Below are positions 1 to 8,381 of a stretch of DNA of 52,187 nucleotides, in pieces. Within the stretch, counting starts at the first letter, position 1. Each line of letters starts with the position of its first letter. Below the pieces are notes generated by a model. The model did not search any database. It worked only from the letters and a program-made list of their open reading frames with translations, and was not told the origin of the DNA. The translations under genes and the position numbers were made by a program. The stretch comes from Bacillota bacterium (GTDB taxonomy: Bacteria > Bacillota > Sulfobacillia > SLMV01): contig JAWODQ010000024.1 in the NCBI GenBank assembly GCA_046483165.1, positions 1-52,187 of the forward strand, given 5' to 3'.

Positions 1-660
1 GTCGGCGACGATGCCATCGCAGTACTCCTTCCCTGTGATGGGACGTCCTGTAAAGACGAAGAGTACGCGCAACTTGTCGCGGATACTTTTGATCTGGATA
101 CCATCAGCATCGATTTGAAGGAACCCTTCGAAGCTATGGCGGAGAGCTTCCAGCGCCAGGACATTCCCGAAAAGACTCGCGATCGCTGGCCAAGAACGGC
201 CGTGGCGATCAGTGAGCCGGACAAAGACTACGCGATGGAGAACGCGAAGCCCCGCGTCCGCATGATAGCGCTCTATTATGTCGCCGAGCGGATGAACTAT
301 GCAGTGGTTGGAACGAGCAACAAGAGTGAGGTCATGGCCGGCTACTATACAAATCATGGAGACAACGCCGCGGATATCCAGCCCCTGATCGATCTGCTGA
401 AAACCGAGGTGTGGGATCTCGCCGTCGAGCTCGGCGTGCCCGAGGAGATTATCGAGCGTCCGCCTTCCGCCGGCTTCCACGAAGGTCAGACGGATGAAGA
501 CGAGCTCGGGGTCAGCTACCGTACCTTCGATCGAATCTTGAGCGGAGAGATGCCGACGGATGAGAGTTCCGACGTTCCCGACGAAGAGATACGGCGGGCG
601 AAGGAGCTCAAAACGGCCGCCGCGGAAAAGAGTAAAGCCCGCATATTTAGGAATGCGTGA
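1..660 (+). CDS. nadE: NAD+ synthetase NadE, C-terminal part (5' end lies outside the window)
   Basis: Frame 1 is open from nt 1 (VGDDAIAVLLPCDGTSCKDEEYAQLVADTF...), so the 115..660 track ORF is only the tail of a longer gene. The block 'VGTSNKSEVMAGYYTNHGDNAADIQPL...LGVPEEIIERPPSAGFHEGQTDEDELGVSY' is the classic NadE signature. Confidence 0.9.
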   Translation, partial: VGDDAIAVLLPCDGTSCKDEEYAQLVADTFDLDTISIDLKEPFEAMAESFQRQDIPEKTRDRWPRTAVAISEPDKDYAMENAKPRVRMIALYYVAERMNYAVVGTSNKSEVMAGYYTNHGDNAADIQPLIDLLKTEVWDLAVELGVPEEIIERPPSAGFHEGQTDEDELGVSYRTFDRILSGEMPTDESSDVPDEEIRRAKELKTAAAEKSKARIFRNA

Positions 661-717
661 AGGCCCGATCATCTGCTTTCGCCTGATGGGTTAATCGCGG
701 AGAAATGGCCTGGCAAA

Positions 718-762
718 GGTTGGGGGGGAGCAATATTGCTCCTCCCCAACCTACGTTTTTTT
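718..762 (+). terminator. Rho-independent terminator between convergent nadE and the 798..1970 gene
   Basis: Near-perfect inverted repeat GGTTGGGGGGGAGCAAT / ATTGCTCCTCCCCAACC (one G-U pair), followed by TACG and a run of 7 T. Confidence 0.85.
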
Positions 763-797
763 CGATCCGAAAGGATGGATCGGACACCGGATACCTA

Positions 798-1970
798 CTA
801 GCGGCAGGCTCCCGGATTCCTGCTTCCCAGGCTTACGCACGCGGCGAGACAACGGCCGCACAGCCATTCGTCATAGACTTCTTCCATCTGGCTCCTGCGT
901 TCGAGGCAGCGGCGAAAATCGAACTGTAGGGCGTCATCCCAGAATCTATGCGTCTGGTTGCGGATTTCCTCCGGATACTCACCGTCGGCATCGGCAGAAG
1001 AATAGGCCACGGCTTCGGAGGGACAGGCGTCGAAGCAGGCGGAACAGGCGGTTTTGGGATCACCGGTATAGTGTTGACAGTAGCGCCCCGGGGATGCTTC
1101 CGGCCGGTCGGAATGCAAATCGAAAAGACTCTCGCGCCATCCCTCGGTTAGCAATTGCACGCCATCGCTATCCTCCGGATCCTCGGGATCGAATATCACC
1201 AGCGAACGTATCGGTCCCATGAATCTCTTAGGCTTTCCGTCGACCATTTCGTCGCGAATGACCAGTCGATGTGCGCCGAATTGCCCCAATCCCGCGAGCA
1301 CGGCCACGCTTTTCTGCGGATAGTTTCCACCCTTGCAGGCACCGTGGTTCTGTCCTCTTCGAGTGGCAGGTACCGACATCTCGGACATCCTGGCGACGGC
1401 GCGCGTAGTCATGGCCAATACCGTGCGGTTCGGCGTCATAAGCCGATACGCCATTCTGGTCACTGCGGCATCGAGAAGCCTGGTGATCTCCGTCATCGAG
1501 CGCAGATAAACATCGACCGGCGCCAGCCCCCCGCGCCGAGTAGATGAGGCATACTCGTCGGCCAGCTCCTGGGCTACGGGGAGCATCACCGGGACCATTA
1601 AGACCCGGCCGAATCTTTGAATTGCCTCATCGTAGTTTTCGGGGACCGGGAACAGGGTGGCTCTACCGCTTCGATCCACGCGCTCGGTACTATACATGGC
1701 ATAGAAATCCCAAAGTTCCCGGAAATTGAGGGGATGCAGGCCTATCATTGCAGGGTTTCTCAACCGGCTCCATGGATCGAAATCGACTCCGCAGTTGGCG
1801 ATGGCAACTTTGACGGCGGGACTCCCGTCGTCTTCGATCGCGAAGGTGGTTCGAGCGGAGCTCCACGAGAATTCGGGTTCCTTCTTCAGATCCACGATGA
1901 TTTCTTTCAAGTTGGCGGTGAGAGATCGCTTCTCGATTCCTTCGAGAACAGGTGTCGAAACGGCGGACAT
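798..1970 (-). CDS. Cytoplasmic Fe-S protein of the epoxyqueuosine-reductase / reductive-dehalogenase (QueG/RdhA)-like superfamily (tentative)
   Basis: ATG at 1970 is preceded by a GGAAGGA SD; the longer track ORF to 2105 has none. Contains 'NYPQKSVAVLAGLGQFGAHRLVI' plus the Cys clusters 'CSACFDACPSEA' and 'CGRCLAACV'. No signal or Tat peptide. Confidence 0.75.
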   Translation of the reverse strand: MSAVSTPVLEGIEKRSLTANLKEIIVDLKKEPEFSWSSARTTFAIEDDGSPAVKVAIANCGVDFDPWSRLRNPAMIGLHPLNFRELWDFYAMYSTERVDRSGRATLFPVPENYDEAIQRFGRVLMVPVMLPVAQELADEYASSTRRGGLAPVDVYLRSMTEITRLLDAAVTRMAYRLMTPNRTVLAMTTRAVARMSEMSVPATRRGQNHGACKGGNYPQKSVAVLAGLGQFGAHRLVIRDEMVDGKPKRFMGPIRSLVIFDPEDPEDSDGVQLLTEGWRESLFDLHSDRPEASPGRYCQHYTGDPKTACSACFDACPSEAVAYSSADADGEYPEEIRNQTHRFWDDALQFDFRRCLERRSQMEEVYDEWLCGRCLAACVSLGSRNPGACR

Positions 1971-2170
1971 GGCTTCATCCTTCCAAACTCGAGATGGTAT
2001 GAGTTTCGAACTGCTCTTTTTGACGGGTGGCGATAACGCGAAAGGGCAACTGGGTCGAATTAAGATATACCAGATAAGTATTTGCCCATCTCGAGGATCG
2101 CCCAAACCCGCAGAGATCCATCTCTCCGCCCGATAATCCGTCTTGCGGAAGGCCTTGGCCAGGAGATAGC

Positions 2171-2830
2171 GTGTTGGGGAAGGTGGTGTTCGCCGTGGAG
2201 ATGGGCGCTCGGTTCATCGCCGAGGCCCCGGCTCTACCGGCGTCGGTGGAATCGGCCGCGGCATACCTGGAAGCGGCTACGGTAGGGCGCGTACTCGCCG
2301 ACGTACTTCACGCGGGCGGAGCCGACGCCCGCGTGCATGGCAGTGGCGACTACCTTGGAGTCTTACCACAGTTGGCCCTCAGGGCCGGGCTGGGTAAGAT
2401 AGGAATGATGGGACTGTTGGCGAGCGAGAACTGGGGCCCGCGCGTCCGGTTGGGTGCCGTTACTACAGACGTTACCCTCCCGGTGGATCGACCGCGGTCT
2501 TTCGGCCTCGAGGATTTCTGTCTCAGGTGCGGAAGATGCGCGACGAATTGCCCGGCCGGGGCTATCTCGCGAAAACCCCGGGAGGTCCGTGGCGTTACCA
2601 AATGGGGCGTAATTCCCGAAGATTGTTACCGCTTTTGGCGCCGAGTTGGAAGTGATTGCGGCATATGTCTGCGGGTTTGCCCCTTCGGCGGAATCGAATG
2701 GCCCCTGAATAATCTGCTCAAGAGAGCCGTTCGCCTAAGACCGTCACTGGCGCCGATCATGAGCCGCTATTACGATCAAGTCTACGGTAAACGTCTCAGG
2801 CATCTGATAAAGAAGGCCCGGACCCCGTGA
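2171..2830 (+). CDS. Short QueG/RdhA-like 4Fe-4S dicluster protein (219 aa)
   Basis: GTG start with AGGAGA SD. Contains 'LALRAGLGKIGMMGLL' followed by 'CLRCGRCATNCPAGAI' and 'CGICLRVCPF'. Divergent from the 798..1970 paralogue-like gene. Confidence 0.7.
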   Translation: MLGKVVFAVEMGARFIAEAPALPASVESAAAYLEAATVGRVLADVLHAGGADARVHGSGDYLGVLPQLALRAGLGKIGMMGLLASENWGPRVRLGAVTTDVTLPVDRPRSFGLEDFCLRCGRCATNCPAGAISRKPREVRGVTKWGVIPEDCYRFWRRVGSDCGICLRVCPFGGIEWPLNNLLKRAVRLRPSLAPIMSRYYDQVYGKRLRHLIKKARTP

Positions 2831-3026
2831 TGATCCGACGCGTCGGGGGTACTTCGCGCGAATCATCCGGAGGACATCTCCCGAGCCGGCCAATTGTAAG
2901 AACCCAGATGGCGAGAATTCGTCGGACCCTTTGGGCCCTCCCGGCGGGAAGGGGCGAGGGAGAGTTAACATCCGTTCCCAGTTGGATTAGGATTATACGG
3001 GAGAGTTTCGTGTGGGGAGAAAAGTG

Positions 3027-4295
3027 ATGGCAAATCCGAACGAAGGTAGTCTGGGTAACCAAATAGACGGGCACATCGAGGATATCCTCCGGGCCGGCAA
3101 GTACGCGGTCGTGGATCTCGACGTACTGGGGAATAATATCGCGATTGTCCGAAAGACGCTTCCCCGCGGGGTGCGTCTGATGGTTGTGGTCAAAGGCAAC
3201 GCCTACGGTCACGGTCGTATCATGGCCGCCCATTGCGCACGGCGACACGGTGCCGACATGCTCGGTACCAATTCCGTCCTCGAAGGAAGGGAGCTGCGAC
3301 GGTCGGGCATCGATCTTCCAATTCTGGTGTTCGATCCACCCCGGGAGGAGGATTACGGCAGTTTCGGCCGTTACCATCTCAGTGCTACGGTGGAAAATGA
3401 GCGTCAGGCTCGAGGGATCTCCTCGGCAGCTGCCACCGCAAAGCCGATCCCGGTACACGTCAAGATAGACATGGGACTCGGTCGTTTCGGAGCGAGGCCC
3501 GCGGAGGCTTACGCGTTGCTTGCAGCCATCGAGTCGCTTCCGGGCCTCGCCCTCGAGGGAGTATATACGCACTTTGCCCGCAGAATGAGAAAAGTGGATC
3601 TTCGCGAGAGCTTCGAGAGATTTGATCTCCTCATCGGTAACCTTAGACGAAGTGGCTTTGACATACCGATGGCGCACTGTGCCGAAAGCAGAATTTGGTC
3701 GGAATTCCCCGAGATGTCCTCCGATATGGTCAGAATCGGGAATGCGATCTACGGTACTCTTAACGGCCGCCATCCCGATCTGGGAGATCCCTTTTCGGCT
3801 TACTGCAGGATTAATCGGGTTAGGAAGTTCGAGGCCGGATCGAAGATTGGTTACGGAGCGAAATGGACGGGGCGGGACATATTAATCGGCATCGTCCCCG
3901 CCGGCCAGGCCGACGGCCTGGTGGGGGAGAGGATCCCGGCGACCGTTTCCCCGCTTTGGTTTCTCCGAAAGGCCGCGAAGCACTTTCTCAGTTCCTTCGC
4001 CCTTTCGCGCAACCTGGAGATTCCGTCGGCACGACCCGAGTTCATCGGTGATGGGAAACGCCTCACCTGTGTGGAAATCTCGATGAACCACTCCCTGATC
4101 GAGGTCGATGAAGGTACCGAAGCGGGAGACTGGGTGGAAATCCGAACTTCCAGACTCGACCTGTCATTTCCCATCCTTTACCGACGGGACGGAGATTTCG
4201 TGGCATATTCGCGGCGGGTGGAGAATTTCGGGGTGGGGATTGATGAAACCGTCGGATGCGAAGAAGAGGATTCTCAGGTGGGGGGTCGCGATTGA
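3027..4295 (+). CDS. alr: Alanine racemase (PLP-dependent)
   Basis: PLP-lysine motif 'VVVKGNAYGHG' and 'SKIGYGAKW' (catalytic Tyr region). ATG 3027 follows GGGGAGA; the track start is GTG 3012. Carries an unusual insertion of about 35 aa ('ATVSPLWFLRKAAKHFLSSFALSRNLEIPSARPE') and a C-terminal extension. Confidence 0.85.
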   Translation: MANPNEGSLGNQIDGHIEDILRAGKYAVVDLDVLGNNIAIVRKTLPRGVRLMVVVKGNAYGHGRIMAAHCARRHGADMLGTNSVLEGRELRRSGIDLPILVFDPPREEDYGSFGRYHLSATVENERQARGISSAAATAKPIPVHVKIDMGLGRFGARPAEAYALLAAIESLPGLALEGVYTHFARRMRKVDLRESFERFDLLIGNLRRSGFDIPMAHCAESRIWSEFPEMSSDMVRIGNAIYGTLNGRHPDLGDPFSAYCRINRVRKFEAGSKIGYGAKWTGRDILIGIVPAGQADGLVGERIPATVSPLWFLRKAAKHFLSSFALSRNLEIPSARPEFIGDGKRLTCVEISMNHSLIEVDEGTEAGDWVEIRTSRLDLSFPILYRRDGDFVAYSRRVENFGVGIDETVGCEEEDSQVGGRD

Positions 4296-5344
4296 AGAGT
4301 TTGCGCATCGATGAATCGCTGAAAAAGGAGTTCGATGAGTTCGTCGCCAAATCCGGGCGACCGCATTTTCTGCAGACGTTTGAGTGGGGAGAGGTCAAGA
4401 GATCCACCGGCTGGATCCCCCATCGGCTCATGATCTACGAAGGAAGCGAGCCTATTGCCGCAATTTCGTTGCTGCAGAGGGAGATTCCCCACATCGGATC
4501 CATCCTCTACGCTCCCCGGGGCCCCATAGTGGATTTTGCCAGGCAGGATGCGCTGGACGCCTTGCTTTCCTCCGTTCGGGACATCGCCGACGATGTGGGG
4601 GCCTTCCTTTTCAAGGTAGATCCGGATATTCCCATAGAAAACGGATTCGCGGAGAGCCGATTGGTCGAGCGCGGATTCAGGGCGGTGGGGCGCGCCATGG
4701 GCTTCGAGAACATACAACCGCGATTCTGTATGCGCCTTCCGTTGGATGGCGACGAGAATGCCCTTTTGATGAACTGTCACTCCAAGACTCGCTACAATGT
4801 TCGTTACGCCTATCGTCACGGTGTGCGGGTGCGATTGGCTCGCGATGAGGAAGACCTTCGCATCTTTTACGATCTGCTCGAGAGGACCGCAGAGAGACAG
4901 GACTTCATCATAAGGGATTATGGTTATTACAGGGCGCTGTACGAGCACATGCTGGACGGGGACCTGGGACGTCTGTTCCTCGCGGAGTTCGACGATCAAA
5001 TCGTCTCGGGTACCATAGCGATGAAACTGGGGGACACGGTGTGGTACCTCTACGGTGCTTCCTCCACGAAACACCGGCGCTACATGCCGAACTACGCCGT
5101 GCAGTGGGAGATGATACGCTGGGCGCTCTCCGAGGGCTGCCGCGTCTACGATTTCCGGGGTGTGTCCGGCAACATCGACGACCCCGACGATCCCCTCTAC
5201 GGTCTGTATCGCTTCAAGAAGGGTTTCAATGCCCGGCTCGTCGAGTACATTGGCGAGTTCGACCTGGTTTACGACGCAAAACGCAACCTGGCCTTCGCGG
5301 CGGCCATGAAGGCCAGGAGGTTCATAAACTCCCTGCGGCGATGA
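4292..5344 (+). CDS. FemAB-family peptidoglycan interpeptide-bridge aminoacyltransferase
   Basis: N-terminal 'FLQTFEWGEVKRSTGW' and C-terminal 'WYLYGASS..HRRYMPNYAVQWEMIRWA...YDFRG' are FemAB hallmarks. The TTG at 4292 overlaps the alr stop (4293-4295) within ATTGA. The alternative track start at 4256 would overlap alr by 40 nt. Confidence 0.8.
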   Translation: MKSLRIDESLKKEFDEFVAKSGRPHFLQTFEWGEVKRSTGWIPHRLMIYEGSEPIAAISLLQREIPHIGSILYAPRGPIVDFARQDALDALLSSVRDIADDVGAFLFKVDPDIPIENGFAESRLVERGFRAVGRAMGFENIQPRFCMRLPLDGDENALLMNCHSKTRYNVRYAYRHGVRVRLARDEEDLRIFYDLLERTAERQDFIIRDYGYYRALYEHMLDGDLGRLFLAEFDDQIVSGTIAMKLGDTVWYLYGASSTKHRRYMPNYAVQWEMIRWALSEGCRVYDFRGVSGNIDDPDDPLYGLYRFKKGFNARLVEYIGEFDLVYDAKRNLAFAAAMKARRFINSLRR

Positions 5345-5449
5345 AAATCGAAGAAGCCTAGTAGTATCGGCGCCAGGATCATTTTCGAAACGGGTACGCT
5401 GCCGGCCCCGAGGACTCGGCACATCCCGCGAGCCGCCCGGATTCCGCTT

Positions 5450-5854
5450 TTAACTCAAGTTCCTCTTTTCCCAGAGGCGGTATAGAGCGCGAAACCCAGC
5501 CAAGACCAATGCGGCCGTGCCGAAGGCCACGACGAAGGTGAAAAGGACTTCGGCCACCGTCGGTGTCCCGCGATTTATCACCGCGATGACATTGACGATA
5601 GCGATGATCGACGGGACCAACAATAGATTCCAGGGGCGTCCCCCGAAAGGTTGGACGCCGCCCCACGTGGTACCGACGGCCACGTAGGCGTTGGCCAAAA
5701 GCCACAGGGCGAATATGTCGACATAGTCGGACAAAACCTGTTCCAAAAAGAAGATGCGATAGATCAGGAGTGCCGTAAGCCCCCATGACAAGATGGCGAA
5801 TGCCCGCGACGTGATGGCCTCGTTCGTGCGTCGAATGCGTTCGTCATTGTACAT
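5450..5854 (-). CDS. Small integral membrane protein (about 4 TM), partner of the upstream XRE regulator
   Basis: Hydrophobic helices such as 'AFAILSWGLTALLIYRIFF' and 'IFALWLLANAYVAVG'. The ATG lies 1 nt after the stop of the XRE gene. No family recognised. Confidence 0.7.
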   Translation of the reverse strand: MYNDERIRRTNEAITSRAFAILSWGLTALLIYRIFFLEQVLSDYVDIFALWLLANAYVAVGTTWGGVQPFGGRPWNLLLVPSIIAIVNVIAVINRGTPTVAEVLFTFVVAFGTAALVLAGFRALYRLWEKRNLS

Positions 5855-5855
5855 T

Positions 5856-6086
5856 CTATTCCTCCTCCACCCAAAACAGTGTGTCGAGATCGGTATCCAG
5901 AATTTCGGCGAGACCCAGACAGAGAGCGATGGTTGGATTATAGCGGTTGGCCTCTATCAGCCCGATGGTCTGCCGTGTCACCTCCACCTCGGCCGCAAGT
6001 TCCTTTTGCGTCAGTCCCCGCTTTTCCCGCAGGGTGCGCACCGCATTTCGTACCGGAAGCTCTTTCAAGTCAATCACCGGGGTCAA
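5856..6086 (-). CDS. XRE/Cro-C1 family helix-turn-helix transcriptional regulator
   Basis: 'LREKRGLTQKELAAEVEVTRQTIGLIEANRYNPTIALCLGLAEIL' is a canonical HTH_3 domain. TTG start at 6086. Confidence 0.85.
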   Translation of the reverse strand: MTPVIDLKELPVRNAVRTLREKRGLTQKELAAEVEVTRQTIGLIEANRYNPTIALCLGLAEILDTDLDTLFWVEEE

Positions 6087-6087
6087 T

Positions 6088-6114
6088 GTAATATATATTT
6101 GTCGTGCATGTCAA
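6088..6114 (-). promoter_or_regulatory. Candidate sigma-70-type promoter for the XRE-membrane operon
   Basis: Minus-strand TTGACA (6114..6109), followed 13-15 nt later by the AT-rich tract TATATATTACA, which runs directly into the TTG start. This is the only AT-rich stretch in the neighbourhood. Confidence 0.35.
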
Positions 6115-6413
6115 CTATAGTTTGCATTCACGGTTCACCCGTAGAGGCCCATTGCCCGGACAGCGTCGCGGGAAAGTGGGAGTGCACACTTCGGAGTCGG
6201 GACTTCGCTGCCGTCGGAAGGCTCCGTAGTTTGCGGCGGGAGATCTATCGCGAGGGTAGGGTTGTGGGCGCGAATGTGATTATCAGTCTCAACGCAGGTA
6301 ATCTTCCGAGCTCCGCCAACTCCTACAAGGAGAGGTCGATGCGGTGGATGGTGCGAAGGTAGTTCCATTCGCCCGATGGAAGCGGCCACTTCTCGTGGAG
6401 AGGAGAAATTGTC

Positions 6414-7130
6414 GTGCGGATCATCGATGCACACGCACATATCGGTTACTTCGGTGCCTTTTTTGACGTGGGGGTGACGGCGGACGAACTGGTTTCTCAG
6501 ATGGACGAACATGGAGTGCAGAGTGCCGTAATTTCGTCTTTGGAAAACGACTCCGTTCTGGAGGCAGTTCGGCGTTTCCCCGAGAGGTTGATCCCGCTGG
6601 TTTGGGTCAATCCCACCGAGGGGAATTCGGCGGTAGATGCGGCCAACGGATACATCGAGAAGGGTTTTCGCGGAATCAAATTGCACCCCCTCGTTCACGC
6701 CTTCCGGGCGGACGAGCCGGTGGTCGACGACACCGTGGAAGTTGCCAGGCGCCGGTCGGTATCCGTCCACATTCACTCCGGCCACCCGCCATTTTCCCTT
6801 CCCTGGAGTATAGGGGCCCTGGCCGCCAGGAATCCCGACGTCGATTTCGTAATGATCCACATGGGACACGGTCACGGAGTGTATATCCAGGCGGCAATAG
6901 ATGTCGCCCGGGACAATCCGAACATCTATCTCGAGACGTCGGGCATGCCCATGCACACGAAGATTCGAGAGGCATATCGTACCGTGGGGGCGGATAGAGT
7001 CATGTTCGGGACGGACGCACCATTTCACCATCACTCCGTAGAAATGCAGAAAGTACGTGTCAGTGGCCTGGATGAATCCGAACTTCGGCGGGTTTTTGCG
7101 GAAAACGTGGCGGCTCTCATGGATCTCTGA
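6414..7130 (+). CDS. Amidohydro_2-type TIM-barrel metal-dependent hydrolase
   Basis: Contains 'IIDAHAHIG', 'VSVHIHSGH', 'MIHMGHG' and 'MFGTDAPF'. GTG start 8 nt after GGAGAGGAG. Confidence 0.85.
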   Translation: MRIIDAHAHIGYFGAFFDVGVTADELVSQMDEHGVQSAVISSLENDSVLEAVRRFPERLIPLVWVNPTEGNSAVDAANGYIEKGFRGIKLHPLVHAFRADEPVVDDTVEVARRRSVSVHIHSGHPPFSLPWSIGALAARNPDVDFVMIHMGHGHGVYIQAAIDVARDNPNIYLETSGMPMHTKIREAYRTVGADRVMFGTDAPFHHHSVEMQKVRVSGLDESELRRVFAENVAALMDL

Positions 7131-7265
7131 GTCTCCCGCCGATCTATCGGGAGCACTCCATCCTCGCGGGATGGAACAGTTGTCTCACAGATTTCGAAGT
7201 ATCACCTCCGGGTTCTGCGACCGCTTTCGGCAGGGAAATCCTTTGGAATAAGGTTCAACGAGTAG

Positions 7266-7871
7266 TTGCGAGGGAAGGTGGTTTATGTGGCTGATGGTAG
7301 AAGACGGCTGGAGCGGGCTGACTATCGCGATCGATCTGTCGCCCCGGGTTCTGAGGAGAAACTCCTCGACGCCGTGGCCAAAAGTGCCTACGACAACGAT
7401 CGTGCCTACGAGGGTTGTTGCCGCTGTGTCGTCGCCGCGCTCAACGAGCACCTGCATCTTCTCGATGACAGGGGTATTGCCTCCGTGATAAAGGCGAGCA
7501 CGGCCCTCTCCGCCGGCGTGGCCAGAAAGGGTGAGGTTTGCGGCGCGCTCTTGGGAGGGATCATGGCACTCAACCTGGTGATCGGGAGTGAAACGGTGCA
7601 GGATGTCGACGGATACGCCCGGGGGATGAGCTGGGCCGCGCGTCTTTACGATCGTTTCGAGTCCCATTTCGGGAGTGTGCGCTGTTTCGAAATACAAGAG
7701 GGACGACTCGGACGCACGTACGACTTCTGGGACTCCGAAGAGGTGGAAATCTGGTATCGCGACGGTGGCCTGCACGAATGCCCCATGGTGTGCGGGGAGG
7801 CGGCACGGATGGCCGCGGAAATGATTCTCTCGGCTCGACAGGGGCAGGAGGGGGAAGAGCAGCAGATCTGA
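7266..7871 (+). CDS. C_GCAxxG_C_C family putative redox protein
   Basis: Contains 'EGCCRCVVAAL', 'GEVCGALLGGIMAL' (the CGAxxG core), 'SVRCFEI' and 'ECPMVCGEAA'. The start is uncertain: TTG 7266, GTG 7278, or GTG 7287 after GGGAAGGTGG. Confidence 0.7.
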   Translation: MRGKVVYVADGRRRLERADYRDRSVAPGSEEKLLDAVAKSAYDNDRAYEGCCRCVVAALNEHLHLLDDRGIASVIKASTALSAGVARKGEVCGALLGGIMALNLVIGSETVQDVDGYARGMSWAARLYDRFESHFGSVRCFEIQEGRLGRTYDFWDSEEVEIWYRDGGLHECPMVCGEAARMAAEMILSARQGQEGEEQQI

Positions 7872-7999
7872 GCCTCGCCGATCCGCCGCCACCTGCTGCA
7901 GATCCCCTCTGGGCTTCTTGTACGCACGGTTGGACAGTCACGAGCTTTCGTCTTTGGCATCGATATCCGGGTCGCGTCGACGAAAGGGCGACCGACGTG

Positions 8000-8371
8000 T
8001 CATTCACCATCCTTTCGTCGACGCGATTCCTTTCGTATCACCACGGTTATGTCGGTGCCTCGGCCCTCTTCGGAAGACAGGGTGTGTTCGTCGACCATCA
8101 TGCCGACGATGGTCAACCCGGAACTCTTCGCGGTCCTCCCCGCGAGGTGTCCGTAGTATTCCTCCAATTCGCGACGCCTCGGCTCCGACAGCAATTTGTT
8201 TGCCCTCTCACGGATTTCGGGTGACATTCCGCGTCCATTATCCCTTACCCGGACGGTAAATCGGTTTCCTTCATCCTCGATGTCCGATCGGACGGATGTC
8301 GCTCCAGCCTCGAAGGCGTTGTTGATGAGCTCGTCGAGGATTCCCCGTATTCTCCTCCACTCTGCGGTCAT
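8000..8371 (-). CDS. Minimal GHKL (histidine-kinase-like) ATPase domain protein, 123 aa, no DHp/HisKA domain
   Basis: N-box 'ELINNAFEAGAT', G1 'RDNGRGMS' and G2-like 'SSGLTIVGMM'. The ATG lies 10 nt after the stop of the upstream DUF1576-like gene, with an AGGGGGA SD. Confidence 0.7.
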   Translation of the reverse strand: MTAEWRRIRGILDELINNAFEAGATSVRSDIEDEGNRFTVRVRDNGRGMSPEIRERANKLLSEPRRRELEEYYGHLAGRTAKSSGLTIVGMMVDEHTLSSEEGRGTDITVVIRKESRRRKDGE

Positions 8372-8381
8372 TTCATCCCCC

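Noticed and set aside
2796-3773. 325-aa ORF antisense to alr
   Set aside because: This is a shadow frame typical of high-GC DNA, rich in Arg, Pro, Ser and Gly, with no motifs and no SD. The opposite strand carries the unmistakable alanine racemase PLP motif.
4274-5422. 382-aa ORF antisense to the FemAB-family gene
   Set aside because: Shadow ORF. The plus-strand product has the FemAB hallmarks, and the antisense translation is low-complexity.
5793-6362. 189-aa plus-strand ORF overlapping the XRE gene and its promoter
   Set aside because: It is antisense to a clear HTH regulator over half its length, and it has no SD and no motifs.
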